A DNA stretch of 64,000 nucleotides from a virus. Taxonomy: Duplodnaviria; Caudoviricetes. Position 1 is the first letter of the stretch, and each line of letters opens with the position of its first letter. Below are positions 1 through 10,398 of the stretch, in pieces. The stretch spans positions 10 through 64,009 of the IMG/VR virus record IMGVR_UViG_3300008085_000002. The stretch is one strand, 5' to 3'. A model generated the notes under the pieces. The model had not been told where the DNA came from. It saw nothing but the letters and a program-made list of their open reading frames with translations, and did not search any database. A program made the translations under genes and the position numbers.

Positions 1-114
1 CTCGCCAAAGGCCGAACGAGAGGGGTTGGAGACGTTGTCGACGTTGCTCTCGTTGAGCTCGATCAGCGAGCCCTCGTCGTAGCCGCCCCGGATCAGCTTG
101 AGCACGAATTTGCC
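1..114. repeat. Terminal overlap, copy 1 (identical to 63887-64000); marks a circular assembly
   Basis: ctcgccaaaggccg...agcacgaatttgcc reads identically at both ends of the window and lies inside a continuous CDS. Confidence 0.97.
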
Positions 115-1227
115 GGTCGTACGCGAAACGTAGAGCGCACCGTCAATATGCCGGATGATCTCGCCCACAAAGGCGTCGATGCTGATCTGTTTGTCCCACA
201 GAACCGAGATGCCCATGCCCTCTGCGTACAGCTGGTCGGCCGCTTCGGTGAAGGCCGTGTCGTCGATGTCGGCAGTAGAGTAGCCCATGCCCCAATCTTG
301 ATTAGTAAGGCATTCTCGGATGATGTGGGCTGGGTTCATATCGTACCACGAGCCAGCATAGACCTGGACCGTGACCGAGTAACCGCCGCTGTTGTCGCCA
401 ATGGGTGTGTCTGCAATGCCGATGTAGTATTGACCTGCACCAGACACGTTTGCGCCGTTGGGATAGGCGGCTTCCCAGGCGGCTCGTGCAGCAGCATAAC
501 CGTCGTGTGGGCCACCTGCACCAAAGGTGGTCACGGTCGAGGTCGACGGGCCTTTCACCACGTCCACATCGTGCTGGGAGCCGGTGTTACCGCCAGAAGC
601 GGCCGGAACGCCCCACACCGAATAGGCCGTGAAAGCTCCAGCGTGGTTGGTATTAATATTGACCAAGTCGGTGACCGAATTCACCGTGAAGCTGTGGCCG
701 TTGGCGCGTATTTCGTCTGCGCCGACCCCACCATCAGTCGTGGCGTCGATGTCAAAGTTGTAGGTGGCATAGGGCTCTGTCCCTGGTGGGATGACGAGAA
801 TTGCAGCTGTATCATCGTACCACTGCTCTGCGCCGTCCTGCGCCGTGTGTATGCGCTGCCCTCGTGCGCGCCAGGGCTTCAAGTACGGATTGTTGCCCAT
901 GTAGGTTTGCCGGAACACGAGCCCGACCACTCCCCGGTAGGCGGGGATGGCCGAACCGATCTTGGACAACAGGTAACTGTTCTTGGTTTGGGCGCTATCA
1001 CCCATCTCGATGTCTATGGTACCAGAAACACCGCCCTCACGCGCCTCACCCCCGAAGAGCTCTTCACTGTCAACGGTGATCGACCCGCCAGTACCGAAGC
1101 CGGTCCAGGCGGTTCGCTCATCAACGGTGAGCCGTTCGACATGATCAATAGGACCATGGCAAAGCACCGCGTGCATGCCCACGTAGTGCTTGTAGCCGAC
1201 GGTGACAGAACTACTCTTGCCGCCCAC
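1..1227 (-). CDS. Central tail / host-specificity protein, 5' part (continues across the origin into 63886-61112; about 1333 aa in total)
   Basis: GTG at 1227 gives MGGKSSSVTVGYKHYVGMHAVLCHGPID, typical of YuA-like central tail proteins; in frame with the 61112..63991 ORF through the terminal overlap (1227-105 is divisible by 3). Confidence 0.85.
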   Translation of the reverse strand, partial: MGGKSSSVTVGYKHYVGMHAVLCHGPIDHVERLTVDERTAWTGFGTGGSITVDSEELFGGEAREGGVSGTIDIEMGDSAQTKNSYLLSKIGSAIPAYRGVVGLVFRQTYMGNNPYLKPWRARGQRIHTAQDGAEQWYDDTAAILVIPPGTEPYATYNFDIDATTDGGVGADEIRANGHSFTVNSVTDLVNINTNHAGAFTAYSVWGVPAASGGNTGSQHDVDVVKGPSTSTVTTFGAGGPHDGYAAARAAWEAAYPNGANVSGAGQYYIGIADTPIGDNSGGYSVTVQVYAGSWYDMNPAHIIRECLTNQDWGMGYSTADIDDTAFTEAADQLYAEGMGISVLWDKQISIDAFVGEIIRHIDGALYVSRTTGKFVLKLIRGGYDEGSLIELNESNVDNVSNPSRSAFGE

Positions 1228-1411
1228 GGGCCACCTCCACTACAGCAAGAGCCATGGCGTCGCCAGTGGCTTCGAGCTCTTCGGCCGGGATGCCTTCGCT
1301 CAGGAACTTGTTCCAGTCCAGCCCATGCCGGGAGAAGAAGTCACGGGTGCCGCGCGAACACATGTGTGTCGCTCGGATGTCCTTCATGGTGACTATGACT
1401 GGCTCGCTCAC
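1211..1411 (-). CDS. Small tail-assembly protein (66 aa)
   Basis: GTG start overlaps the upstream TGA; HMCSRGTRDFFSRHGLDW motif; position between the baseplate and central tail genes. Confidence 0.6.
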   Translation of the reverse strand: MSEPVIVTMKDIRATHMCSRGTRDFFSRHGLDWNKFLSEGIPAEELEATGDAMALAVVEVARGRQE

Positions 1412-1638
1412 TTCTTGCCACCCTTCTTCTTGATAGGCACGAGCCGGATGTCCCCGTACCACACGACGTTCGGCGCGTTCAGGTCCCTTGTTCCGAACAG
1501 CACCGGAATTTCGCGGCCGACCTCAGCAGTCGGGGCGGTGATCTCGTTGAGCCCAGGGGGCGGCGCAGTCTGCGGCTTGGGCATAAGCGCATACGAGAGC
1601 ACCAAGGCACCGATGAAGACTGCAACGAGAAACCACAT
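1408..1638 (-). CDS. Small tail-assembly protein (76 aa)
   Basis: PTAEVGREIPVLFGTRDLNAPNVVWYGD motif; ends KKKGGKK; tail-module synteny. Confidence 0.7.
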   Translation of the reverse strand: MWFLVAVFIGALVLSYALMPKPQTAPPPGLNEITAPTAEVGREIPVLFGTRDLNAPNVVWYGDIRLVPIKKKGGKK

Positions 1639-1650
1639 TCGATATTGCTC

Positions 1651-2433
1651 CTACACGATGCTCGAACCGCCCATTGGGTTCTTGCTTGGGATGTAGTCGA
1701 AGCCTCCATAGTTAAGGTCGTTTGAGAACTTGCTCTCGCACGTAGCATATGAGTGGTCACAGCCGGGGTAAATCGTCACGGCTAGACCGGCACCTGATAT
1801 TGAGAAGGCCGTGGCCAGCGCGACCGAAACGCGGTTGAGGGTCAGTGAGCTCCCCGCGTGGTCGGCGATGTAGGAGAAGGTGCCGTCTGGGGCGGCCACC
1901 ATGCCACCCGTGTAGTAGCCGTCGGCTTGGCTCGCCGCTTCTGGCACCGTCAGGGTGTTACCGCTGATGTCGTTCAGCGTTCCAGCCACCGCAAAGTCGA
2001 CAGGGTCCAAGGTGCAGCCTCGACCGTAGAGAGCGTGTCGACAGCTTTTCTGGAACCGGGCTCGCAGCCCTGGGCGTCGCATGGACGTGTAAACGCTCTC
2101 GAACACCATCTTGAGGAAGGTCTTGTCGGGCTGGGTGTTGGTCAACCGCCCCTTCCAGATCACCTCGGTGGTCGACGCGCGCTTGCTGAACAAGGTGAGT
2201 GTGGTCACCTGTTCAGTGAAGTTGGTCATCAGCTGCTGAGCGAGCTCGTGGTCCAGCGCCAGGCGGACCTCAATGTTCGCCTTCGCCAAGTCGCTCTTCT
2301 GCTGGATACCGCCGCGCCCTATGGACGCAGCAAGGTACAGGTCGCCATCGTAGGGCTGGTCCTGGTCGCTGCTGGTGAGGTACCAACCGGCTTGCCCGAC
2401 GTTGATCTTGTAGAGCTCGACGACATCGGTCAT
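1651..2433 (-). CDS. Baseplate hub protein, DUF2163/BR0599-like
   Basis: C-terminal YPGCDHSYATCESKFSNDLNYGGFDYIP and CRHALYGRGC motifs. Confidence 0.8.
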   Translation of the reverse strand: MTDVVELYKINVGQAGWYLTSSDQDQPYDGDLYLAASIGRGGIQQKSDLAKANIEVRLALDHELAQQLMTNFTEQVTTLTLFSKRASTTEVIWKGRLTNTQPDKTFLKMVFESVYTSMRRPGLRARFQKSCRHALYGRGCTLDPVDFAVAGTLNDISGNTLTVPEAASQADGYYTGGMVAAPDGTFSYIADHAGSSLTLNRVSVALATAFSISGAGLAVTIYPGCDHSYATCESKFSNDLNYGGFDYIPSKNPMGGSSIV

Positions 2434-3995
2434 GCCGGGGTCTCCACCGTCGTGACGGCCACCTCACAGACGGTGCCGCCAATCCAGTTGATCTCAGCGC
2501 GATCAGTGTCCAGGCGGCACAGACAGAGGTAACTCACTCGCTTGATGTCCTCGGCATTGATGCCCAGGGAGGTGTCAAGCGTTAGCTGGGTGACCCCTCC
2601 CCCAGCGTCCAGGGTGGCAGTGATCTCACGAAACAGCCATCCGGCCGCCGTTTCAATCGCAATGTGCACCCGGCCGGTGGCGTTGGCGAGATAGGCGTTG
2701 TCCTCCACCGAGAGCGTGGTGGTCAAAGCGCCTGCGCTGGTCACCACGAAGTCGTTCTCGAATGACGGCTGCCAGAAGGTGCGGTAGCGTCCTGCACGGC
2801 GGTGGAGCCATTCACGAAGCTCCCACCCCTCAGCCGGGGTTTCTCCGATGGCCCGGTGGACCCGCGCGCGGCGGTTCTGAGCCCAGGGGGTGCGCCAGCT
2901 GACCAGACCCAATTCCTCGTCGTGCAGGTCGAAGGCGGTGCGCAGCGTGTCGTCTAGGAAGTCACCGTCGAGCAGCCCTTCCTCCGAATAGCTGTCCGCG
3001 CTCTGGTACTGCGTCGGAGCCGACACGGTCAATTCGAGGTTGTTCTCGACCGCGTAGTTGAGGCTCACGAGCGAGTTGTAGCCGTTGATCGAGCGCACCG
3101 GATCACGGGTCAGCCTGCCCCGGCGCAAGGGCATGAGGTAGGCGTTGGTGAAGGCGTCAGTCGTGCCGACCAGGTCGATGTTGGTGTTGCTGGTCACGCT
3201 GTCGATGGAGAGCACCTGGTAGGTGTCCGCATCTTGCCACAGGAGGATTTCGCCCCCATCGCGGAATTCTGAGTACCGGGTCTCGCAGGTGATGGAGCTC
3301 TGCCCCAAGGTGATGGCCCCGACGTGCTGCACTTGAGGCCAGACCGGAATGAGCCACGGCAGCTTGCGGCCGCCTTCGAGCAGGTTCTTCACACGCGGCT
3401 GCAGATGGGCCGGGACCGTGTAGGTCATGTCGAAGAACTGGCGCGGCGAAGTGCGCAGCTTGATCCGCTCTTCGGAGCCATCCTCGAAGATGTCGACGCT
3501 GGTCAGCCACTCAAGGGTCTCCCGGAGCGGGGCTTGGGGCCACAGGGGGAGCAGCTGGAAGTCTTCGGCTGCGTACACCTCGATCGTGAGCGACATGCCG
3601 CCGCTGTTGTCGCCAATCGGGCTGTCGAACAGGCCAACGTAGTAGGTCGTCGCGCCAGAGATGGTCGCGCCATTGGGGTAGGCCGTCTCCCAGGCCAGCC
3701 GGGCTGCCTCGTAGCCATCCCAGTCCGACCCAGCCGGGAAGTGGATGAGCGAATTGTTGGCACCTCGTACTACAGTGACACGGTGATTGGAGCCGGTCGA
3801 CGGGCCGGTGTATTCGGGAACGCCCCAGGACGAGTAGGCAATGTAGGTGCCAGCGCGCCAGGTCTTGATCCGCACAAGGTCGTAGGGCGAATTGGTGGTG
3901 AAGCTGTAGCCGTTCGAGCGAATGGCAGACGCGGACGAGCCCCCGGCGCTCGTGCCGTCCAGATCGACGTTGTAGGTGGCGTAGGGGGTCGGCAT
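2430..3995 (-). CDS. Distal tail / virion structural protein
   Basis: 521 aa directly after the tape measure gene; ETLEWLTSV...SEERIKLRTSPRQ motif of YuA-like tail proteins. Confidence 0.7.
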   Translation of the reverse strand: MPTPYATYNVDLDGTSAGGSSASAIRSNGYSFTTNSPYDLVRIKTWRAGTYIAYSSWGVPEYTGPSTGSNHRVTVVRGANNSLIHFPAGSDWDGYEAARLAWETAYPNGATISGATTYYVGLFDSPIGDNSGGMSLTIEVYAAEDFQLLPLWPQAPLRETLEWLTSVDIFEDGSEERIKLRTSPRQFFDMTYTVPAHLQPRVKNLLEGGRKLPWLIPVWPQVQHVGAITLGQSSITCETRYSEFRDGGEILLWQDADTYQVLSIDSVTSNTNIDLVGTTDAFTNAYLMPLRRGRLTRDPVRSINGYNSLVSLNYAVENNLELTVSAPTQYQSADSYSEEGLLDGDFLDDTLRTAFDLHDEELGLVSWRTPWAQNRRARVHRAIGETPAEGWELREWLHRRAGRYRTFWQPSFENDFVVTSAGALTTTLSVEDNAYLANATGRVHIAIETAAGWLFREITATLDAGGGVTQLTLDTSLGINAEDIKRVSYLCLCRLDTDRAEINWIGGTVCEVAVTTVETPA

Positions 3996-3997
3996 GG

Positions 3998-6900
3998 TTA
4001 GGCCCCTCCTGCCGCGCGGCGCACCACCTCAGGGTTGTTATTGATGATGTTTACCACCGCGTCTTCGCCTTCCGGAGTGGCCAGGTATTCACCGACCAGC
4101 GCCGGGTCCAGCACGTTGATGATGCGCTGGTTGACCACCGGAGCAGCGGCCGGGCCGCCCCCATCGCCGAACGAGCCGGTGCCCTTGCGGACCTGATTGG
4201 GAGTGCGCACGTCGATCTGCTCCCCTGGGCTTGCCCGGAAAGCGACCACCTGGCTGTCAGGTCCACCGGAGCCGCCCACCTTCATCGAGCCACCCGTCAT
4301 GAAGCTGGCGTTCTGGCTCAAGATGCCTGCCACGTTGGCAGCCGTGGCCGCGCCCACCGCTGCAGCCGCGATGAAGTTGAACGGGGGTGGGAAGGCGCTG
4401 AGGGCCTTTTGGACTGCTAGGTAGCCGTCGATGGTGGCCTGGGTGATGGCAGCCGCCTTGCCAATGGCAGCGAGCTCCTTGTTCTTCGACTTGCTGAGCC
4501 CAGCCAGGATGCCGAAGAAGTCGCGCTGCTTCTGCAGCCGCGCCTCCAGCATGGCGATCTCCACATTGTTGAGCGCCTGAGCCGCGCTCTGGGCGTCGAT
4601 CAGGTTCGCATCCCGGAGTGCCTTGATCTGGTCGTAGTAGGTCTGGTACTGCGACAGCTGCGCATCGAGCGCCGACTGAGTGCCCTCGAAGAACTGACCG
4701 AGCTCGCTACCTCCAGCCAGCTGGCTAAAGGCGTCGGCAAGGGTGAAGCCCTGACCACTTTCGAGCAGGGCTTTGGCGTCAGCCACCTGGTCGATGAACG
4801 CCTGGCGCGCGCCGACCGTGGCACCAAGCAGATCATTCTGCCCCCGCATGGCCTCATTCTCTTCGAGCAGCAAGGTCAGCCACTCGCGCTCAGCATCGGT
4901 GAGCTCGCGACCCAGGTCACGCTGGATGCGCAGCAAGTCCGAGCGAATACTCTGCTCTCGGCCGGTCAGCTGCAGTAGCTCGTACTCATCGTTCAAGTCG
5001 CGAACGTAGTCTTCTAGGTACCGGGTGTCGCGCGCCGCATAGAGGGCGTCGAGCCGGGCATTGGCGAGCTCGCGCTCAGCGGTGGTGAGCTCCCGGTCAA
5101 GGTCTCGCTCCATGCGCAGGATGTCGGCACGGCGCTCGTGCTCCTGACCGCTGAACTGCAGCAGGTAGATTTCATCCTGCATGTCGCGGTTGTTGTCTCG
5201 CAGATAGCGGTTGTCCCGCGCCGCCTGGAGGGCGGTGATGCGCGCATTGGCGAGTGCGAGCTCAGACTGCGTCAGCTGGCGCTTCATCTGGTCTTCCAGC
5301 TGCCACAGCATCTGGCGGCGCTCGGCTTCCCGGTTGGACAAGCCCAGGAGCTCGATCTCGCGCTCAATGTCTCGCAGCCAGGTGTTCAGCGCCTCACGGG
5401 CCTTCTTCTCCGCATCGCTCAGGTCATTGGTCGACCGGGTGAGGTTCTGGGTCGCACCGTTGAGCTCCCCGACCGCATCACCCGCGCCTGCAGCGTTCTG
5501 CCGGGCCCGCTCCATCACCGCGTCGAGGGCGTTGCCAACATAGTCGGTGGAGAAGGCGTCATTGGCCGCCGCGCCGAAGTCGCGCGCGAATTGAGCCCCT
5601 GCATCGCTCGCCTTGGCACGGGGGATTTCCACGTTGAAGTTGTCCAGGAAACCACTCAGCGCGGCCCCTGCCTCGTCGTCGATCAGGCCCAGGCCGCCAG
5701 CGATCAAGCGCAGCGGCACCTGCCAGGCGTTGAGCAGCTTCTCGGCCGCCGCCGCCCCCAGGTTCACGACGCTGGTGAAGATAGCGTCCATGAAGCCGGG
5801 GAAGTTGTTCCACGCCAGCTGCACAGTGCGGAAGGCCAGCACCCAGAGGCCGATGTAGCCATTGATGGCGGTCTTGAGCACCTTGAGGATGAACGAGAAC
5901 ACCTCAGTGGCGGTCGTGCCAAGCGCGCGGAACAGGGCATTCACCGCACCCATCGCCGCGTCCCAGGCGGTTTGGAACAGGGCGACCACACCGGACACGC
6001 TCTCCCAGATCAGCTGCATCGCGGCCACAGCCACGTCTTTGAGCGACACGAGACCGTCTTCGGTCACCTTGATGTCGTCGCCGAAGGCGATGAAGAGCGT
6101 GATGAGCGCCGTGAGGGCAACCGCCAGCGCGCCCAGGGGGTTGCTGGCAATGGCGAGGGTGAGGCCCTGGAACGCACCCTGCAGGCCCTTCATGCTGATC
6201 GAGGTCAGCGCGGCCGCCACGCTGGTTGCGCCAAGGGCGCGCTCCAGCGCGATCATGGGACCGAGCACCCCGGCTACGGCGCTGGCGATCTGCCAGCCCG
6301 CGAAGGCCGCGCCGATGCCTATGACGAGCGGGATTATGTTGTCAAGGTTGTTGGCGAGCAGCAGGATGGTTTGCGCCAGCCCCTGGGCAATGCCGTTGGT
6401 GGTGACGAATTCGCCCCAGAGCTCGATCACCTTGTTGCGCAGCACGGTAAAGCTCTGGCCAATGGTCGGCACCGTCTGGGCAAAATTGCCATCGAGCTCT
6501 TCACGCGCTTGCTTGAAGGCGTCGAGCACGATCTCGGCAGTGATCTTGCCTTCCTGCCCCATCTGCCGGAGCTCGCCACGGGTGACCCCTAGCGACTTGG
6601 CAATCACGTCCGCCACAGCAGGCAGCTGTTCGAGCACAGACCGGAGCTCATCGCCTCGGAGCGCACCAGAGGCCAGGCCCTGGCTCAGCTGTATGATACC
6701 AGCTTCGGCTTCGGCCGCGCTGGCACCAGACAGTATGACCGCCTGATTGAGGCTCTCAGTGAACTGGAGAAGCTCTTCTTGCGACCGACCCAGGTCCTTG
6801 GCTGCGAGGCCGACACGAGCGTAGAGCTCGGCCGTGCCCTCATAGCTGCTTCGGGTACGGTTCGCTATGCCGAAGAGCTCGTCGGTCACACGCGCCAGGT

Positions 6901-7132
6901 TGGCCGTGTCGCTGGTGACAAGTCGGAGCCGGTTCTGCAGGTTGGTGTAGGTGTCAGCAAGGCGCACGAGCTCGCGCACTGCGAGCCCGCCGCCTATAAG
7001 GCCGAGAGCGCGGTTGAGGAGCGAGACCGCACCCTCGGCCCTCGTCGCGCCACCCCCGATGTCCTCAATGTTGCGTCGGACGGTACGGGAGCCTCGCTCG
7101 GAGACGATGATCTGAATGCGTTCAGTCGCCAT
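3998..7132 (-). CDS. Tail tape measure protein
   Basis: 1044 aa, Ala-rich helical; N-terminal tape-measure motif QLSQGLASGALRGDELRSVLEQLP; three ~54-aa internal repeats. Confidence 0.95.
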   Translation of the reverse strand: MATERIQIIVSERGSRTVRRNIEDIGGGATRAEGAVSLLNRALGLIGGGLAVRELVRLADTYTNLQNRLRLVTSDTANLARVTDELFGIANRTRSSYEGTAELYARVGLAAKDLGRSQEELLQFTESLNQAVILSGASAAEAEAGIIQLSQGLASGALRGDELRSVLEQLPAVADVIAKSLGVTRGELRQMGQEGKITAEIVLDAFKQAREELDGNFAQTVPTIGQSFTVLRNKVIELWGEFVTTNGIAQGLAQTILLLANNLDNIIPLVIGIGAAFAGWQIASAVAGVLGPMIALERALGATSVAAALTSISMKGLQGAFQGLTLAIASNPLGALAVALTALITLFIAFGDDIKVTEDGLVSLKDVAVAAMQLIWESVSGVVALFQTAWDAAMGAVNALFRALGTTATEVFSFILKVLKTAINGYIGLWVLAFRTVQLAWNNFPGFMDAIFTSVVNLGAAAAEKLLNAWQVPLRLIAGGLGLIDDEAGAALSGFLDNFNVEIPRAKASDAGAQFARDFGAAANDAFSTDYVGNALDAVMERARQNAAGAGDAVGELNGATQNLTRSTNDLSDAEKKAREALNTWLRDIEREIELLGLSNREAERRQMLWQLEDQMKRQLTQSELALANARITALQAARDNRYLRDNNRDMQDEIYLLQFSGQEHERRADILRMERDLDRELTTAERELANARLDALYAARDTRYLEDYVRDLNDEYELLQLTGREQSIRSDLLRIQRDLGRELTDAEREWLTLLLEENEAMRGQNDLLGATVGARQAFIDQVADAKALLESGQGFTLADAFSQLAGGSELGQFFEGTQSALDAQLSQYQTYYDQIKALRDANLIDAQSAAQALNNVEIAMLEARLQKQRDFFGILAGLSKSKNKELAAIGKAAAITQATIDGYLAVQKALSAFPPPFNFIAAAAVGAATAANVAGILSQNASFMTGGSMKVGGSGGPDSQVVAFRASPGEQIDVRTPNQVRKGTGSFGDGGGPAAAPVVNQRIINVLDPALVGEYLATPEGEDAVVNIINNNPEVVRRAAGGA

Positions 7133-7565
7133 CGAAGACCCTTCCGTTCTTCACCGCACCCACTGCCCTCGTGATAGCTGCTTGGACGAAGCCAGCCGGG
7201 GCCTGGGTCGATGAACCGTCGTTCAAGGGGCCGATATACGACACATTGTTCTGGATGTATATGTCCTGTCCAGACTTTCGTTGACCGATGCGCTCCTGGG
7301 CTTGCTGTAAGGCTCCTGAGGCGTTCGCGCCTTCACCTCGACCCAGACCTTCACCGGGGGCGTAGGGCTCGCGCTCGTCGGTGACGGGGGAGCCCAGGGA
7401 GACCTGCCAGTTGGACCGCGCGCGGCCGGTGTCGACCGGGGTCTCAAGCACGAGCTCCCGGTCGGCGACCAGTGCCACCTTTCGTACGATGCGGTTCACG
7501 CCTTCTTCGACCTGGCGGCCTCGGATGCGGATGCGCCGGGCGAAGTCCCCCAGACCGTTAGCCAC
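7122..7565 (-). CDS. HK97 gp10-like neck/tail completion protein
   Basis: TPVDTGRARSNWQVS and STQAPAGFV motifs. Confidence 0.8.
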   Translation of the reverse strand: MANGLGDFARRIRIRGRQVEEGVNRIVRKVALVADRELVLETPVDTGRARSNWQVSLGSPVTDEREPYAPGEGLGRGEGANASGALQQAQERIGQRKSGQDIYIQNNVSYIGPLNDGSSTQAPAGFVQAAITRAVGAVKNGRVFDGD

Positions 7566-7898
7566 CAGTAGCCGCCTTCGACTTGGCCAGCCGGTGCTTC
7601 AGATAGGCGTTGTCCAGCTGCCGAACATGGTAGTGGAGCATGTCACGCTGCTCCCCTTCTATGCCGTTCAGCTGAGCGTACTGCTCGATCGTGGTCCACG
7701 GTATCGGTCCTTCTCCATAGCCCAGAGGGCGGCAGCTGTCCAGGTCCCAGAACGCCCCCATGTAGAGCTCCAAGCCGAGCTCCAGGTCGGGGGCGTTCTG
7801 TATCCGGTCCGGCAGCGGCAGCTTGCGCGCCATGCAGTCCCGGATGATCCTTTGTTCTACCGGGTCCTGCTCCAGGAAATAGAGCAGGACCTCTGTTA
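7558..7898 (-). CDS. Tail assembly chaperone, -1 frameshift extension (gpGT-like)
   Basis: Open -1 frame continues from slippery A AAA AAC (7905-7899) into LTEVLLYFLEQD...AFWDLDSCR...IPWTTIEQYA. Confidence 0.8.
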
Positions 7899-8384
7899 GT
7901 TTTTTGCCTCGGCTTCCTGGACCGCCTGGCGGAACAGCGCCACCTTCTGGGCCTGCTCCTGGATGTCGGCGAACAGGTCGGGGAGCGCCTTGAAGGTCGC
8001 GGCGATGTTGTCAGCAGTCGCGGCCATCACGTCGCCATTGGGGCCTTCGATGCCTTCGACGAAGACCGTGTCGCCATCGGCTTCGGCCATGAGCTTGAGC
8101 GGCTGGACCGGCTTGCCCTTGGCGTCGGCCGCCACGCGCACCGACCACTTGATGACCACGGCTTCGGTATAGACCTCCCGGAGGATGGCCTTGCCGCGCT
8201 CGTTGTCGAGCGTTTCGGTCTGGATGGCGCGCTTGACCGACTTGGTCTTCGCTTCGAGCGTCCGCTCGAATTTCTTGTTGGCACCGCCTGCACGGGCGAT
8301 GGTGACGATGAAGTCGCCGTAGTCCAGGTCGACACCAGTCTTCTCGAGATTGGTGTCGGTCTGGAACTGCTTGTACATGGACAT
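7896..8384 (-). CDS. Tail assembly chaperone (gpG-like)
   Basis: Lies between tail tube and tape measure genes; ends GCA AAA AAC TAA. Confidence 0.85.
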   Translation of the reverse strand: MSMYKQFQTDTNLEKTGVDLDYGDFIVTIARAGGANKKFERTLEAKTKSVKRAIQTETLDNERGKAILREVYTEAVVIKWSVRVAADAKGKPVQPLKLMAEADGDTVFVEGIEGPNGDVMAATADNIAATFKALPDLFADIQEQAQKVALFRQAVQEAEAKN

Positions 8385-8439
8385 GGGTGAAGCTCCTCAG
8401 CAACACGGGTTGTGGGGGCTCAACCCAGCCCCCGTGGGA

Positions 8440-9978
8440 TTAGGCGTCTGCCAGGTCCGGCAGATAGTCGAAAAACACCATCATCATGGTGTAGTCGAGA
8501 TTGGCGTCGATGGCCGCCGCCGTCGCTGCGTCCATGGCCACCGGAAGGGTGATGGCCTGATCCTGCTCGACGTTGGCCCGGCCGTCACCCAGGGAGATGA
8601 GCGGCAGGTCGACGATGAAGCCCGCGTTGTTCTTCACCGCTGCGAAGTCCAGCGTGACGTTCGAGTTGTTGCGCACCGCCGCCACAGCCGAGACGTTCGA
8701 GAAATAGGCGGTGATGTTGCCGCTCACCTGGAACGTGCCGACGATGATGTCGAAGCCGCCCAGGACACCGACCGCCTTGGCCGCCGATGCGTTGTTGTTG
8801 ATGGCCACGCTGAGCTCGGTCACGAAGGCGAACAGCGGGGTCGGAGCCTCGTCCGTGTCGTCGACCAGGGCCATGCGCAGGCGGGTTACGTCCGAGCTCG
8901 TGTTGAAGGCGTCAGCCTCGTCCACGGCAGGGCGGGTGCCGCTCTTGACCCCGGTGGCTGCATCACGGGTCTCGTGGTCAAGCGCCACGAAGGCCAGGTC
9001 AGCCGTCACCTTGTCGGCGGTCGGGATGTTCATGGTGAACGTGTTGGGCACCGCGCCGGTCAGGTACTCCGACTGGATTTGCGACGGGTTGCTGTCGTCC
9101 GGAGCACCCAGGGTGCGCTCCAGCTGGTAGGTGCGGCGCTTGATCAGCGAGCCGGTCTCGTTCTTGAGCGCGCGGCCGGTGAACACGCGGATCGTGAGGG
9201 CGTCACCCGCATCGGTCTCGGTCACCATGTTGGCGTCGCTCTTGTCGAACGTGATGGCGTTTGCGGTGATCGAGCGGACCCGCTTCCAGCCGTTGTTTTC
9301 CTCGTTGGTGAACTGCTCGCTGGCGTTGTCGCCACCGATGAAGACCCATTCGCCTTCGACCAGGTCGAGCTCGGTCAGGTCCTTGACGGTGGAGGTCAGC
9401 GCCGGGAGCGCGCCGCTGGCGTCGATCTCCAGATCACCGGCCGCGCCCTCGAAGCCGACCACGACGAGCTTGCTGGTCGCCGGGGGCGATGCTTCGGCCA
9501 CCAGGTCTTCGGCCACCGCGATCGAGGTGCTGGCAGTCACCGTGTCGACCAGCTTGAGGCCGTTGTTCTCGCTGTTAGTGAAGCCGCTGGCGAACACCAG
9601 GCTACCGACGTAGAAGCCGGTCGTGGTGGTGATTTCGTACTCGTCGTTGGTACCATCGACAGCCGGGATGTCAAGACTTTCGGCCTTGGCGCGGAAGTCG
9701 GCGAACATGAAGCCCTGCATGAGCTCCTGGAGGTTGGTCTGGGTGAAGTCGCTGTTGAAGCCACCCGCCGCTTCCAGGTCGGTCGTCACGCCCTTCTTGC
9801 GCTGGCGATTGGGGTTGATGGGGTTGCGGGCGACCATGCTGAGGTTGCCGCCGAAGTCATTGTAGCTGTTGGGCTCCAGGCCCTTCCAGACTGGCGAGCC
9901 GCCAAGCGTCTTCAGCGAGGCTTCTTCCGCATAGCGGAGCCCCGTGATATTGCTGTCGATCTTGTTCACCTGGGCCAT
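8440..9978 (-). CDS. Major tail tube protein
   Basis: 512 aa; [13 protein letters not shown]-terminus and [13 protein letters not shown] motif; synteny. Confidence 0.85.
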   Translation of the reverse strand: MAQVNKIDSNITGLRYAEEASLKTLGGSPVWKGLEPNSYNDFGGNLSMVARNPINPNRQRKKGVTTDLEAAGGFNSDFTQTNLQELMQGFMFADFRAKAESLDIPAVDGTNDEYEITTTTGFYVGSLVFASGFTNSENNGLKLVDTVTASTSIAVAEDLVAEASPPATSKLVVVGFEGAAGDLEIDASGALPALTSTVKDLTELDLVEGEWVFIGGDNASEQFTNEENNGWKRVRSITANAITFDKSDANMVTETDAGDALTIRVFTGRALKNETGSLIKRRTYQLERTLGAPDDSNPSQIQSEYLTGAVPNTFTMNIPTADKVTADLAFVALDHETRDAATGVKSGTRPAVDEADAFNTSSDVTRLRMALVDDTDEAPTPLFAFVTELSVAINNNASAAKAVGVLGGFDIIVGTFQVSGNITAYFSNVSAVAAVRNNSNVTLDFAAVKNNAGFIVDLPLISLGDGRANVEQDQAITLPVAMDAATAAAIDANLDYTMMMVFFDYLPDLADA

Positions 9979-9996
9979 TGTCTACCTCCTGAGCGC

Positions 9997-10398
9997 CTAC
10001 TTGATCTCATGGTACTCGAAGTCCACGAGAACATTGACCTGATACCAGTCGCCATCCGGACCGATCTCTCGACTGCGCACGTCACGAAACCACGCGCCGC
10101 CTGCCGTCGACTGACCTTCATAGGCGTCCATGGCGATCTTAGTCAGAGGGTCCAGCGCGGACAAGCCATCTCCTACCGGAGCGTACAGCTGGATGAAGAT
10201 CGTGCCTTCACGGCGGAAGCGGCGGTTGCCGATGGCCGCTGAGCCGCCGTCAGCATGGCGGATGGTGAACCGGGCCCAGGGGACGCGGGTGGTCGGGGGC
10301 TTGCCGCCGACGCCATCCCATAGCACCGCGCGCGGGCTCCACGCTGCAGCGAACAGGGCCGTCATCTCATCGCGGGCTTGTTCGGCGGTCAGGCTCAT
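9997..10398 (-). CDS. Tail terminator protein
   Basis: Synteny; RREGTIFIQLYAPVGDG and WYQVNVLVDFEY motifs. Confidence 0.7.
   Translation of the reverse strand: MSLTAEQARDEMTALFAAAWSPRAVLWDGVGGKPPTTRVPWARFTIRHADGGSAAIGNRRFRREGTIFIQLYAPVGDGLSALDPLTKIAMDAYEGQSTAGGAWFRDVRSREIGPDGDWYQVNVLVDFEYHEIK

Noticed and set aside
4860-5400. Three ~54-aa repeats in the tape measure protein
   Set aside because: Internal repeats are ordinary for tape measure proteins.
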